A stretch of 55,820 nt of DNA, the filler included, from Blastocystis sp. subtype 4 (lineage: Eukaryota), in the NCBI RefSeq assembly GCF_000743755.1. It is 2 parts of 2 records of this genome, joined end to end, with 100 filler letters (N's around TTAATTAATTAA, not from the genome) between each part and the next. Parts side by side here need not be neighbours in the genome. Positions count along the whole stretch, not along the records: positions 1 to 27,909 come from NW_014569411.1; 1 more part is not named here. One strand, 5' to 3'. Under the pieces are notes generated by a model, which was not told the DNA's origin, did no database searches, and was given only the letters and a program-made list of their open reading frames with translations. Position numbers and translations under genes: made by a program. Every line of letters begins with the position of its first letter. Position 1 is the first letter of the stretch. Below are positions 13,830 through 27,593 of this stretch, piece after piece.

Positions 13830-15424
13830 ATGAGCGATAAGGAGATTGCTCTATCTACACTCCCTACAAAAGTACTTCTTTGTTCATGGAAGTCAATAGA
13901 TGGCGTCAAAATTCCCGATGAGGAGAGTTTGAAGTCTTTGTTTCATGGTTGCAATACTACGATTCGTAGTTTTGATTCCAAGTATGAATTTGAGTTTTGA
14001 TTTCACTTGTAGCGAGAATCAGGCAATTGTTACTTTTGAGTCTGTTGATATTGCAAGAGATGTTAAGGAACTGTTTGATAAGGGTTATGGAAACCCTTTT
14101 TCTATTCATGCAGAGTATTGTGATGTCCATCGAATGGACAATAGCAAATCTGATGTATTATCGTTCTATTTATGTCAGAGTGATGGAGTTGAGTCAATGT
14201 GATCTTTAGAGGCTGAGAAGATTGTACCTCCCAAGGAACTCACAAATCTGTATTCCCAAATGCGTTCGATACTCAGTGAAACAATGAAGGAATCCGAATT
14301 TATCACAATTCCAATCGATTCAATGAGTCCTCCATGTCTCATCTCGTTTCTCTCTCTGTTGAATAACCAACTGTCTACTTCATACGATACTCTTCTCGTT
14401 TTCAATAAAACTTCCATTTCTCTCTCTTTACCTCACAACCTGTGGGGTGACAGTTTTGTGTTAGGAACATTGGATTCGAATCCATGGTCAGTGCGATGTC
14501 AACATAGTGGTCGGGTTTGGACATCGGACGTGGTTCATGATTGGATCCAAGTGAGTTCGAGAATTCGGTTCACCAAATCAGTTATTGTGAAGACAAGTGA
14601 AGGAAGTATACTGTTTGTTACTGTTGAGGTAGGTGTGCTTGAAATCGATAAGGAATAGAAGAGGAAAACACCTTGTACTTGCATCTATCCTGATCATTGT
14701 ATCGATCGACTGAAAGAATCCACAATGAAGAGCAAACCAACGAAGCTGGAGGAAGAACATGTATATCAGGTAATAGAATAACAAAGAAGTGACAATTAGG
14801 TGTATGACAGAATTAGTTCTCATTTCTCCAGAACTCGATTTTCCAAATGGTCGTGTGTTCGAGAATTTCTGGATACGATTCCAGCTTCTTCTATTGTGTT
14901 AGATCTTGGTTGTGGTAACGGCAAATATCTGGACTACTTTAACAAGGAAAAGAAAGTGGCAATGATTGGTTGTGATCGATGTGAAGAATTGTTGAAGATA
15001 TGTAGAGACCGTGCCTATGAAGTTGCTCTTGTGGATGGTTTGTTCCTTCCATATCGTTCTAATTCGTTTGATTTTGTTATTTGTGTTGCTGTTTTGCATC
15101 ATCTTTCCACAAATAGTTTACGAAGACGTTTCCTTCTATCACTTGTCAGTGTGTTGCGATCGGGTGGACAAGCATTGATTGTAGTGTGGGCAGTGGATGG
15201 AATTCCGAAGAATAAAAGGGAAACGAAATTTGTTCAGGTAGATGAAGAGGTAATGGTGGGATGGACTACACCATCTGAATTGGGTGAGGAAGTGAAATTG
15301 GATCGGTATTATCATCTATTTGCTGAAGGCGAATTGGAATGGTTGTTTAGTACTGTGGAAGGAATTCGTGTGAAGGAAATCAAGTTTGACCATGATAACT
15401 GGTATGGGTTGATTGAGAAATGTT
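13830..15424 (+). CDS. ALKBH8: ALKBH8/Trm9-like tRNA wobble-U methyltransferase (RRM, degenerate AlkB region, Zn site, SAM-MTase)
   Basis: PCTCIYPDHC Zn motif; LEEEHVYQVYDRISSHFSRTR; VLDLGCGNGKY; AVLHHL; RYYHLFAEGEL; DHDNW; ends AAA TGT T, 4 nt, TGTTTGTT (15429-15436). Confidence 0.9.
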
Positions 15425-15597
15425 GTTTTGTTTGTTACTGTCATTTGTTGAGAATCTGTACTTGACCTGGTTATACGTAATACCGGGAATCAGACGATAT
15501 TGACGACTGTTCAATCGAAACGGTTGTCATTTGTTTTCGCGTATTCTAGGGTTCTTCGGTTGCAGAGTAAGAGTATTATAGTGATTATGACTCTAGA

Positions 15598-18138
15598 ATG
15601 CACTACCTTGAAGATGAACTCTATGGTTTGTGTAAGGCATGTGGTACAGCAGTAACGGAAATGGAAATGCAATCTCACGAGAGAACTTGTAGAGCGTCGA
15701 AGGCGGATCGAGATCGAGTATATGATTGGTTCGCTTGATTTGATGTATAGGTGATTGGAACTATGTTTGATATGTATACAGGAAGAGAACTGAATGAAAT
15801 GGAATTGAAAGAGTGTGTGTTAGCGATCTCTTGTTTATAACTAGTACTAGTACATGTCAGTCAACACCTTATTCCATTTCTGAATTATCTGAAAATGTTT
15901 TGAATAACTATGTACGTGATATATAGATTTCTGTTGGATCGGAGCTTAATGAAGAAGAATCCCGTCGGATACGTCGTGAAGAGCGCCGTCGAAGACGAGA
16001 AGGTATAAATGCGTCGTATTCACGAGATCGAGTTCAAGAGGAGGAAGCAGCACTACGTGCCGAAGCGGATCGATTACGAGCTGAAATGAATGCTAAAGCG
16101 AGGTTGGATGAAGAACTGAGGAATCGCAGAGAGGAGTCTCGTAGAAGGGAGGAGGAAGCATTAGCTGAGCTGGAGGAGGAAAAGAGACGGTTAGAGGAAT
16201 TGAAAGAGAGATTGCAGAGAGAGAAGGAAGAAAAGGAGAGAATGGAGAAAGAGCGAGAGGAAAGCGAGAAGGCTGAGAGGGAAAGAGTTGTGAAAGAGGC
16301 TGTGGAGAGATTGAGGAGAGAGAAAATGGAGAGAGACAGAATAGAGAAAGAGAGAATGGAGAGAGAACGACTGGAGAGAGAGAAGGAGGAACAGATGAGG
16401 AAGGAGAGAGAAAGGGCAGAGAAGAGACGACTGGAGAGAGAGAAGGAAGAGAAGGAGAGGAAGGAAAGAGAGAAGAGAGAAATTGAGAGATTAGAGAAAC
16501 AGGCAGAGGCTGATCGATTAGCTGAAGAACAAAAGAAACGAGAAGAAGATGAAGAGAGACAACGCAAGGAACAGCTGCGTATTACTGCTGAGTTACAACG
16601 AATTCGTCAGAAGAATGAGGCAAGGAAGCGACATGAAGAAGAAGAGAGACATCGCCGACAAGAAGAGGAAGCTAAGATTGCTGCTCGCGTTATGGAACAG
16701 AGACAAGAAGCAGAAGCGAAGCGTCTTGCAGAAGAAGAACGATTGAAGAGAGAAGTAGTAAGGAGAGAGGAAGAGGAGAGATTAGTGAAAGAAGCTGAGA
16801 AACGAATGGAAGTTGAGAGACAGGAGGAGGAAGAGAGGAAGAAGAGAGAAGAAACGATGAGGAGTTTTCCAGTTTCCTCATCAAATCCAGTCTCTTCATC
16901 CAGATCACTCAACACTTTACCTCAGACAGTCTCATCACTCCATTCATTCTCTTCTTCTAGAATCATTTCATCACCCAAATCCTTCTCTTCTAAGCCACTC
17001 AACACATCCTCGTCACAACCTGTACCGCTCTCCACAGTTCATTCACCACGGAGTTCAGCCACTCAGCCATCTGAACCTACTCTCCCCACACTATCACTCA
17101 GTCTCACTGATGACCTGAACATCAACCCGTTTGATGCTGAGGTCTCGTTTGACTCAGTCACTCCTACGGTTCCTTCATTCTTCCCTACTCAGCAACGGAT
17201 CACCAATCCATTTGGATCAGAAGAAGAGGTACTCCAGAAATTGGACCAAAATCCGGCAAAACAAGTGCAAGAAATAGGTGTTACTTTGGATAGGTCGACT
17301 TCAACTGTCAGATTGAATCCATTTGATGTGGATTCTGAAGAAGAGGAAGTTTCCACAGGCAAGTTGAATCCATTTGAGGAGTCCAGTGAACAAGATGAAA
17401 TCCCCGTGAGAACCAAGAATCCTTTCGATGAAGTAGAATCAGACCCAGAAGAACCTAGTCATAATCCTTTTGACTCGGAATTCAAAGAGACTCAGTTAAA
17501 TCCATTCGATCAATCCAGTGATGATTCCTTCTCGAAGTTACCTAGTGCAGCGGAACAGAAGCAGATAGGCGTCAATCCATTTGATGTATCTAATAACGAT
17601 GTAACTCCCGAAGAAGTCTGTGAACCTGTTGTAAATGTGTTGGGTCCAGGAGAAACAAGGCAGCAATTAGAGATTATGCAAGAAGAGAATCAGCTGAGAG
17701 AGACAACGAATACATATAAGACAAATGTGGAAGGTAATTTTGGAATACCAAATATCATTGGTAGAATGGAATCGGATGTTGAATCGGTTAAGTGAAGGAA
17801 TTCGCTGTGCTAAGGTATGCTCGAATGGAAAGAAGCATATCACAACTGTTTCTGTGTACAGTGTTGGTGATGACAATTTTGTTGGTGATGATTGATGAAG
17901 TCATGAATAGATTGAGTGGGAACGCAAACAAGGGTTATTCAAGGGAAAGACAAAGAAGATTGATCTAGCTTCTGTAAGTCAGATTGAGAATCTTCCTGGG
18001 ACGAATATATTGATTATTCATGGAAAGAAGTAGGAATGAGAGACTATAGTGAAGTTTAGGGACTTGACTATCGAGTTTTTTAATAGTGCTACGAAGATTT
18101 CCGTTCTTCCCATGTTACAGATATTGTGTGGAATGTAG
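15598..18138 (+). CDS. Putative endocytic adaptor: small Cys/His N-terminus, long E/R/K helix, eight NPF motifs, possible C-terminal PH-like domain
   Basis: ORF 16086-17795 plus flanking exons; TAG at 18136-18138; motif at 18148-18155. Confidence 0.65.
16035..16860 (+). repeat. Purine-rich (GAGA/GAA) low-complexity coding tract encoding an E/R/K charged helix
   Basis: EKERMERERLEREKEE-type imperfect repeats. Confidence 0.8.
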
Positions 18139-18299
18139 TTGAAGGGGTGTTTGTTTCACAACGATTCTCCATGTTTGCTTTGTTTCGAAGGATATCTGTA
18201 CTAGGAGTTTCTGGGATATGGAGAAATCGTTTGCCTGTATACTTCCAGGAATGTCACATTCATTCTGTTGCTGTTTGATTCTTGGGTGATTTGTAGTCT

Positions 18300-19505
18300 A
18301 TGAGCTCAGTAGTTAAAGAGAAAGAAGTGAAGACAGAGGAAAAGGATGTTGATGTTGTGAAAGAGAGTAGAATATGGAAATAGCATTCTGATTGATGTAG
18401 AAAAAGAGGATTCAAATGAAGAAAAAGCTCCATACTACATTGGAGCTCATGTGAGTTCAGCTGGTGGTGTTTTCAATGCTGTTGAAAATGCTTCATTGAT
18501 TGGGGCAAATGCATTCGCACTCTTTTTGAAGTTCTTATGATAACGTGTTTTGAATTCTAGATCCCAACGACAATGGGCAATAAAACCAATTGCAGATGAT
18601 GTGGTTGAAAAGTTCAAAGCCAATATGAAGAAGTACAGTAGAGGTGAATCATACCTTTGTTCGTAGATATTCAGCCAAAGCATATTCTTCCCCACGGTAG
18701 TTATCTTTGTAACATAGGAACACCTGACAACTCTCTATTCGAGAAAGCTCAAGCTTCAATGTTAGAAGAGTGTAAACGTGTTGAAAAGCTTGGATTAATG
18801 TATCTGAATATCCATCCAGGATCTACAACCCGAAAATGCACAAAAGAGGAGTCGATCAAACGAATTGCATCAGCGATCAATCATATTCATTCACATACAT
18901 CGTATATGACAATAGTTCTTGAAAATACAGCTGGAGGAGGTGGAACAATTGGTGTTGATTTCCGTGAATTGAAGAGCATTATTGATGCTGTTGAGAACAA
19001 GGATCGAATTGGTGTTTGTATCGATACTTGTCATGCATTTGCAAGTGGAATCGACTTGACGAAGAAGAATGGAGTTGAGAAGATGGTAAAGGATTTTGAT
19101 GAGGTAATTGGATTGAAGTATTTGAAAGCAATGCATTTGAATGATTCTACGGGAGGATTAGGATCTAATCGGGATGTTCATCAGCCTCTGGGAGAAGGAC
19201 AGTTAGGACTCGATACTTTCCGTCAAATTATGAATTGTGATGCTCTTCGAGGAATTCCGTTAATTCTGGAGACTCCTTGGGGACAGAATGAATATGGTCC
19301 GAATCATGGATGGGCAAAAGAGATCAAACTTTTGCGAAGTTATGTCGGTGTGAAGGAAATTGAGCAGAAGAAGACTGGAATCGCAAAATTGTTTGACAAG
19401 AAAAAAACTGTCAAGGAAGAGAAACCGAAAGAGGAAAAGAAGGAAAAGACTTCAAAGAAAGAAAAAGTGGAAAAGAAAGGAACAAAGAAAATCAATTCAA
19501 CATAG
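18300..19505 (+). CDS. APN1: AP endonuclease of the endonuclease IV family
   Basis: [61 protein letters not shown]; start approximate. Confidence 0.93.
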
Positions 19506-19536
19506 ATCCATGGAGTGTTTGTTCAACAAAGAATAC

Positions 19537-20845
19537 ATTTCTTTGAACTTTTGCTCTTCTTAGTTACAGGAGGAGGACTTCGCTTTTGTGAAGATGAAGT
19601 CGATTTCACAGTGAAAAAAGAATCCATTCGCCTTTGCTTACATTTATCTTTCGCCTTTTCTAATCGTTCAATATATGAATTCACTCGATCTGGATTGAAT
19701 CCCTTATCATTGACCAAAAACGATCGTAATCCATCTTTATCAATACTAGTAAACTTAATTGTGACATTCTGAGCATCTGTAACTTCTGGAGATGTAAATA
19801 ATCTTCTTGCTTCTTGGTAAGGCCAATTAGGAGGAACCTATCACTCATATCCTTCCTATTCTCCTTACTGAATACTTATCAGGAAGATTTTCAAGTACTT
19901 TCTCAATGGTATGATACTTTTGTATGAATTGATATGCCTTCACTTGGCCAATTCCTCGGATTGTATCACAATAATCACAACCACAGAGGATACACATATC
20001 CACAAACTAGCAATCACCATGTATTCGTTCTCTTACCTCTTCCTGCGTTAACTTCATATCCTCCAAAACAGCAGCCAAGTCAACTTCAATCACACCACTT
20101 TGATCCTTCTTTCCTCCTTGGCTCTTTGTTAAATGACGTAACAGATATGGTGCTCCAAATGTCAAACTGTCCATATCTTCACTTGCCATTCCCCATACAA
20201 CTTTCTTCTTCACAAGCTCGGCACATTGAGATTCAGCTTCAGAGGCTGCATCGACAACTGGAATTCCCATCAGCTTGAGCAATGTTTTGCAATCATCCTA
20301 ATGTCATAATTCTTACGAAAAGCCAACGATGTGAGAAGAATCCATATGGACAACTCGTTTACTAAGTTTCTCGATATCCTCTTCATTTCCGGTTTCCTGA
20401 GCCGTCTTCAGTTCTTCTTCTGCCTTTTCACGATTTGCCTTTCTCTTATCAAGCTAGTCATGACCCATAGTTACTACGATCACCTCTCCTCGTTTCATTT
20501 CTGGTGGTTTACCTTCGAATACAAATACTGGTTTCAATCCATCCTCCATCATCTTGATCGTCTTCGAAAGAACTCCTTGAATATGACTAAAATGATTATG
20601 ACACAAAAACATTTACCTCGTAACATCGCCCTCAGAATTTGTAAGCATCAAGGAACTCATCGACGAATTTGTGCGAATTGCAACCTACGAATCAGAAAAT
20701 CAATATCTGTAGATACTAAATATTGATAAATCATGACACTGGCATCAATAGCGATTAATCGACCAGTATATTTCTTCGGATCAACTTCTTTCATTGCTCG
20801 TGGAGCATATGTGCTAATCAGCTTCGAAAGACCCTTAATTCCCAT
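19537..20845 (-). CDS. FEN1: Flap endonuclease 1
   Basis: [46 protein letters not shown]-box QRRMDSFF; ends AAG AAA T, 4 nt, TCTTTGTT. Confidence 0.95.
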
Positions 20846-20921
20846 TTTGCAAAACAATTCTATCCCCTCCAATCTTGCCGCCAAATCTGGATCATTTAAA
20901 AATCGTAAAAAACAAATCAAA

Positions 20922-23405
20922 TTAGCAAATAACTACAGTACTTCGATCATACTGTGTTAGAAAGATTTCTTTTATCATCGTACAAGTGGTAGCAGAAATA
21001 GGATTCTCTAGTTATAAAAGTCTGTATTCAAATAATACCTAATAAACTAATCCGCCGTAAAGAAGGGAAAATAAGACTATCCTGAATGAACACCTTGAAT
21101 GGTTGATAAAACGAATCATCAATCAAATTTCCTATCCGTAGTAGAATAGAACAAGGCATACGATCAAACGAAAGAGAAGTCAACCGAGGATAATTCTTCA
21201 CTGCTAAGAGAATTCGAAAGATTCCCTCGGTTGTAATTCCATCATCTAGAAAGAGAACAGAATGTAAAGACAAATACTACTGAGATCAAGAACCCGAAGA
21301 TAATAGTGAGGAAACGAATTGAAAATTTCCGCCATTCGTTTTGAAAAGAAGGAACAAACCACTCCAGAACAAGCATTAGTGATAATTACTTTGGAAGCTT
21401 GTCGCATGGGTGAAAATCGTTTCATTAACACTAAAGTGGATTCATGAATAGATTCTATAGCTCAATTTGATAACACAGTGAAAACGATTGTAAATGAGAA
21501 TTCGAGGTGGGTTTCGATTCATGAATTGTGAAAATGTGACATAATCATTAGAAGCATATTCTTTCAGTCATCAATGGAAATGAACACTACTTGGAATCAG
21601 ATTCACGCCTTCCACTGAAATGTGTTGTTTGGTCAATGCTTCAAGAACGCGAGATAATTTCTCTGAATGCAGTTCACTGACAAAACTTCCAGACACATCA
21701 ATGTGTTGTAGATAAGGATGTGAAGGTACGAGATGAACAATGAATTGCAGGAATGATAGAATTTGAGAGGAATTGAAGGACTGGTCTACAATCAATTCAT
21801 TTCTTCAGTCTCACCAATCAATTCAATACTCTCAATCGTAGTACAGAGTTCGATAATATCACTCAATAATGCAAGTACAGTTGAGTTCAACTGACATAAA
21901 CTCTGATTACTCTCCATCCCCTCATCAGGATCAACATCATCATTCTGATTTGATTCTATCATATCACGATATGGACATTCCATAGGATACAGTCCTGTGA
22001 GATGAATGACTTTGAGTTGACATTGATCACGATCACCATCTACTTTAGAATATCACTCAAATTCCTATACGATCGAATGAAGGAATCTGCGCCAATCCCT
22101 TTTGCGCCTCTGTAAAGAATTCAACCAATTCAATCTGATGGATCCCTACATGATACTCTCTTATCACATCTACCCCAGAATTGCCATGATGAATAGAGTG
22201 TGGAGGACCATGGTACAATCCAATGACTCTGTGTAATGAGAGAGTCGATAGAATCAGTATCCATGATGCTATCTACAAAACAGGAAAAATGGAAGAAGTA
22301 CATTCAAAACGATGTTGAAGTGGAGGAAGAGGATCGATTTCAGCAATATAAGCAAAATGAGTGAAATCAGAATCACTGACGTTAGTAGGAACTTCAATAT
22401 GAAGATATCGAGACTCTTCATGAAGATGAGGAACTGTGAGAGTAAGAAACGAAGGTGAAGATGAATGAGAATATTCTGAGAGAATTCCTGAGATGAACAA
22501 TCGATGGAAATGACCATGAAGAATGTTGATATTTCCATTAAATTGAGAAACATAAAACTGGAGAATATCTGGATTGACGCCAATTGAAGATATAATAGGA
22601 CCTTGGTGTAATTCATGCAAAAGAGAAGAAAGAGATGGATAAACCCGCTTATAGAACTTAATATAGTACTAAGAATGATAGAAAGAGGAGGAGCGAACCC
22701 TGTTACAATTGACTCGAATACATTTCTCTTTTGTACCAGAATATGGATTATAATCCTTTTCTAAGCAGATACCCTTCTCAAATACATAGCGAAGAGCACT
22801 ATCAATGGAAGCACCTTCACATGTATTAGGATTGGATGCTTTTCTGTCTACAACACAGTCCAGCAATTGTTGGACAGAAAAATGATCCTAAAGATCAATC
22901 AAAGTGATTCTGACTCACTGTCCAGAGTGGATCGGCCTGTTTGTATTTCATGTACATATATGTGGTGACTGCAACGGCCCACGAACTTGCACATTTCAAA
23001 AAGGGATCCACATTCACCTTCTTTGGTATTAGTTCATTCCAAGAAATATCAGTATTATCACTTGGATCTTCAGGAGACGGTGTCTCAAAATCACTCAATT
23101 GAAAGTTTGAGTAGTCGATGTTGCTGATGAGGAGCTTACGAAATCGTACTTCAGAGTAATCCGAATAGTAACTCATCGCAAGCGTCATGCCAGACAACTT
23201 TTGCGCACGAATCATTCGCTTGGTGTTGGAAGCATAATTCGCTCGTCGATCCCTAGTTCGTTACGTTTGGCATCTATTAGTACCCATATTCGTCGTCTTT
23301 ATACTGTTTTCCAAATCGACGAACAAAAGCATCAAACGAAGGGATGTTCTCTTCAACAGTCGCAGTAGCTACTAAAATGACAAGAAAAAGGAATAAAAGA
23401 AGCAT
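20922..23405 (-). CDS. Signal peptide + I29-type prodomain + degenerate papain (C1A) domain + C-terminal LRR region
   Basis: MLLLFLFLVILVATA; FDAFVRRFGKQY; CASSWAVA; FSVQQLLDC; CLEKDYNPY; GPIISSIG; then LQHIDVSG, LRVLDLSS, LTSLSFD, LRRISLL; single-gene model inferred. Confidence 0.65.
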
Positions 23406-23463
23406 TGCTTAGAGAACAATGACACAATTCCCTTCATTTAGACTTCATTTTCGGATCATTGTC

Positions 23464-25202
23464 ATGGAAATTGAAGAGGTGTCGATGGACGTCGCAATGA
23501 CGGTAGACGAAGCCTGTAATCAGTGGAAACTGAGTCCGATTTTGCGACAGAATCTGCAGAATGAGGGAATCCAAGAGTTCTTTGAGATTCAAACCCGAGC
23601 CATTCCACAGATCCTTGATTGTGGGTTATGAATCATGGAGGTTCTTTATAGGTGATAAGTGTGGTATTGCTCGTGATGTGACGATTTGTGCCCCAACTGG
23701 AAGTGGAAAGACACTTGTAAGTGTTATTACTAGTGATTGATTTATTCTCTTAGGTCTATGTGATTCCTATTATTCAGGCATTGATGAACCGAATTGTGCC
23801 TCGTATCCGTGCATTGGTTGTGGTTCCTTCACGAGACTTGGTTCAACAAGTCTGGATTGTTGTTGCTTATGACAAATAGGCGAAATTAACTTTTGATGCA
23901 TATACAAAGGGAACAGATTTGCATGTGGGTGTAATTGTTGGACAAGAAGCGCATGATTCCTTACATTATAATGAAAATGATTATTGGATGGGTTTAGTGT
24001 TATCATATTCATTCACTCACAGATGAGTACGTTAATGAGTTGGATGTATTGAACAATGACGAGAATGTGGATATTGTGATTGCAACACCTGGTAAACTAG
24101 TTGAATACATAAAAACAAATCCTTCCTTCAACATTCAGAATCTCCAGTATTTGGTTGTAGATGAAGCAGACAAATTGCTGTTACAATCCTTTGATAACTG
24201 GATTCATGTTGTATATAATCAACACACACAATCACCTTTAGCTCTATAGTCGACTCGATGAAACTCCCTCATCCTCGTTCCAACGTGTTGATGGTGTTTA
24301 TCGCCTCCAGAGCAGCTGCAATCGTTCTACAGTTGAGAATGGATCGATTCCAGAAATACGGGGAATTCGGAAACTGTTACTATCAGCAACTCTGAACAGT
24401 GAGAGCAATATCAATATCCAGAAGTTGCGATTGTCCAATTTGCTTGTTTACACCACTAAGGGAATGAGTTCGAAGAGTAGGCATTCATGTCTGTTTTTAG
24501 ATAGATGTGTTTACTGTTCCTGCTGGTCTGCATGAACGCTATTATGTCGTGGAAGCGGTTCGAAAACCCCTGGTATTATACTCTGTCATTAATCAGATGA
24601 TTTCTGGAATTGACAAAAAGGTGCTTGTTTTCTGTAATGGAATTGATACTGTTCACAGGTAATGACATGGATAGGTATATTATCCAGAGTCTTCGTATTC
24701 CTTCAATTGATGCTCGAAGATGCTAGTTCTCTTGCTGAGTATTCTTCTCAACTAACATCCAAACAACGTTCAGAGACAATGAAGGCTTTTCAGACGGGTT
24801 CCAAACGTATTCTGATATCATCTGATACAATTGCTCGAGGTATCGATATTCCTGGAATAACCGCGGTTATCAACTATGATGTACCAAAATATACGGAAAC
24901 GTATATTCATCGTTCAGGTCGTACGGCACGTGCTCGTAGACAAAATATGCCAATTTAATCGATAGAAAAAGAAGGAGAAGTGATAACATTGGTTAAGCCC
25001 AATCAGATTTCATTTTTCCGTTATTTCACAAAGAAGATTGAAGGAAGTCATTTGGTTGAGGAGAAGGAAGAGACTTACTCGAAGGAATTGGTAAGTGGAT
25101 GATAACAGAAGTGATTTGTAGGAAACTAAGTATATTGGAGTGTTTGAAGTGTTGAAAGAGAGGATGAAGATGGAGAAGATGCGAAAGAAAGCGTCTCTTT
25201 AG
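23464..25202 (+). CDS. DBP6: DEAD-box RNA helicase, DDX51/Dbp6 type
   Basis: Q-motif FFEIQ, APTGSGKT, VVPSRDL, ATPGKL, VVDEAD, SAT, ARGIDI, YIHRSGRTARA; motif at 25213-25220. Confidence 0.85.
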
Positions 25203-25299
25203 TTGAAGTGACTGTTTGTTAATGACTACTTTTCATGTTATTCATAGGATACAAGTAAGATACCTTCTATAGTAAAAGGACTCAAGTTGAACAAACAAC

Positions 25300-26267
<968 letters not shown>

Positions 26268-26410
26268 ATGGTGTATATTGTGAATTGTTGATAATACAAT
26301 ACTTGTGGAATGACAAAAACAATGTCAAATTAATCTCAACAAACCTCCCATTACTAAAGCAACAAAGAAAATATGATAGCAGATCATTATACTCAAAGTA
26401 TACATCGAGA

Positions 26411-27362
26411 TTAACCCTCACGCTGCAACACAGGGATTCCACTTCTCTGATTTCCAAACTTCTCATTGAAAACCATTGTTTCTATGCATAAACACGAATC
26501 CCAACCAATACCCGAAGGATAACGAATGGATGCCTTCGAAGACTTGCTTTCATCGCGATAACCAAAAGGAACCAGAGCACTCACTGAATAACGCTTTGAG
26601 CAGCCGACAATACCCCGAACTCTGCGACCGTCAAATCCCTCCATGATACCTGTAGCCAATCCATTTGCTTGACAGGAAAGAACAAACATCTCAAGTGGGA
26701 ATATTGTCTGTTTTGTACTCCACTCCTACGGTCTCAACAAATACACAAAATCTACAAGTCCTGTTTGATAGATGGGAGTTATCATCTTCTTGGATGCAAA
26801 CTTAAGTAAGAGTTCATTAAACCAACCAGTGAGTCCTCCCTTTCCGATTGTGCGGTTGAAGGTACTCAACATCTTAGTCACCTTGGATCCATCTTTTCCT
26901 TCTTGTTCCCAAAGACTCTTGAAATCATCAGCTAATTTCACTGGATCTATGATAAGAATTGAGAGAGAGCAACCAACCACTATCAGCCAAGAAAACGGCT
27001 ACTCCAGCTGCCTGATTAATCACATTTGCGTTACCTTTGACGCAGCATTCCGCTAATTTTGCAATATTCTTTTTATCCTTCATGATGACAATCTTGTAAG
27101 GTTGCCAGTTTCTCGCAGTAGGAGCTGTCTTTCACATAACAACAACATGCAAATAGTGTACAAGAGTTTCCGAAAGGATGTGGTTCAGAAGAGTATCATC
27201 AACATCCTTTTGAAGAAAGTTATGGCAACAAGTTCGAGATCTGACAATATCAGTAAATTGTGTGCTACAAGCAGCAACATCGCTAACAGTGGCAAAAGCC
27301 TGTAAATTAATAGTGTACATAGGTAATACACGAGATGTAGCAAAAAGAGTACGAGATAACAT
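26411..27362 (-). CDS. Nitroreductase-family flavoprotein with a probable organelle-targeting presequence
   Basis: IVRSRTCCHNF, APTARNWQPYKIVI, LSCQANGLATGIMEGFDG, VPFGYR; N-terminus MLSRTLFATSRVL. Confidence 0.85.
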
Positions 27363-27593
27363 AATGAAAACTAACTTAGAAATATATCTTATTGAATAGA
27401 TGAAACGGAGAAACATACTCACATCTTTTTTCTTCGATAGAATATAATAATCAAGTCTTTCTACCTACTTAACATGCGCCTCTCTTCGACTTAATGGTTT
27501 GAAGATTAGAACTCAAGTAACTCTAATTCGTACTAATATACTTTGTTACATTTCTTAACAAACAGATTATAGATGAATGATTGTGAAACATGT

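Noticed and set aside
15425..15465. Cys-rich C-terminal tails in the ORF track (CCFVCYCH; also CCCVCLE at 33850 and KKCILC at 19523) as metal-binding or prenylation motifs
   Set aside because: They are translations of the TG-rich poly(A) signal lying beyond the predicted cleavage site
16034..16915. Long Ser/Leu/Phe-rich minus-strand ORFs
   Set aside because: Antisense shadows of the GAGA-rich E/R/K coding tract
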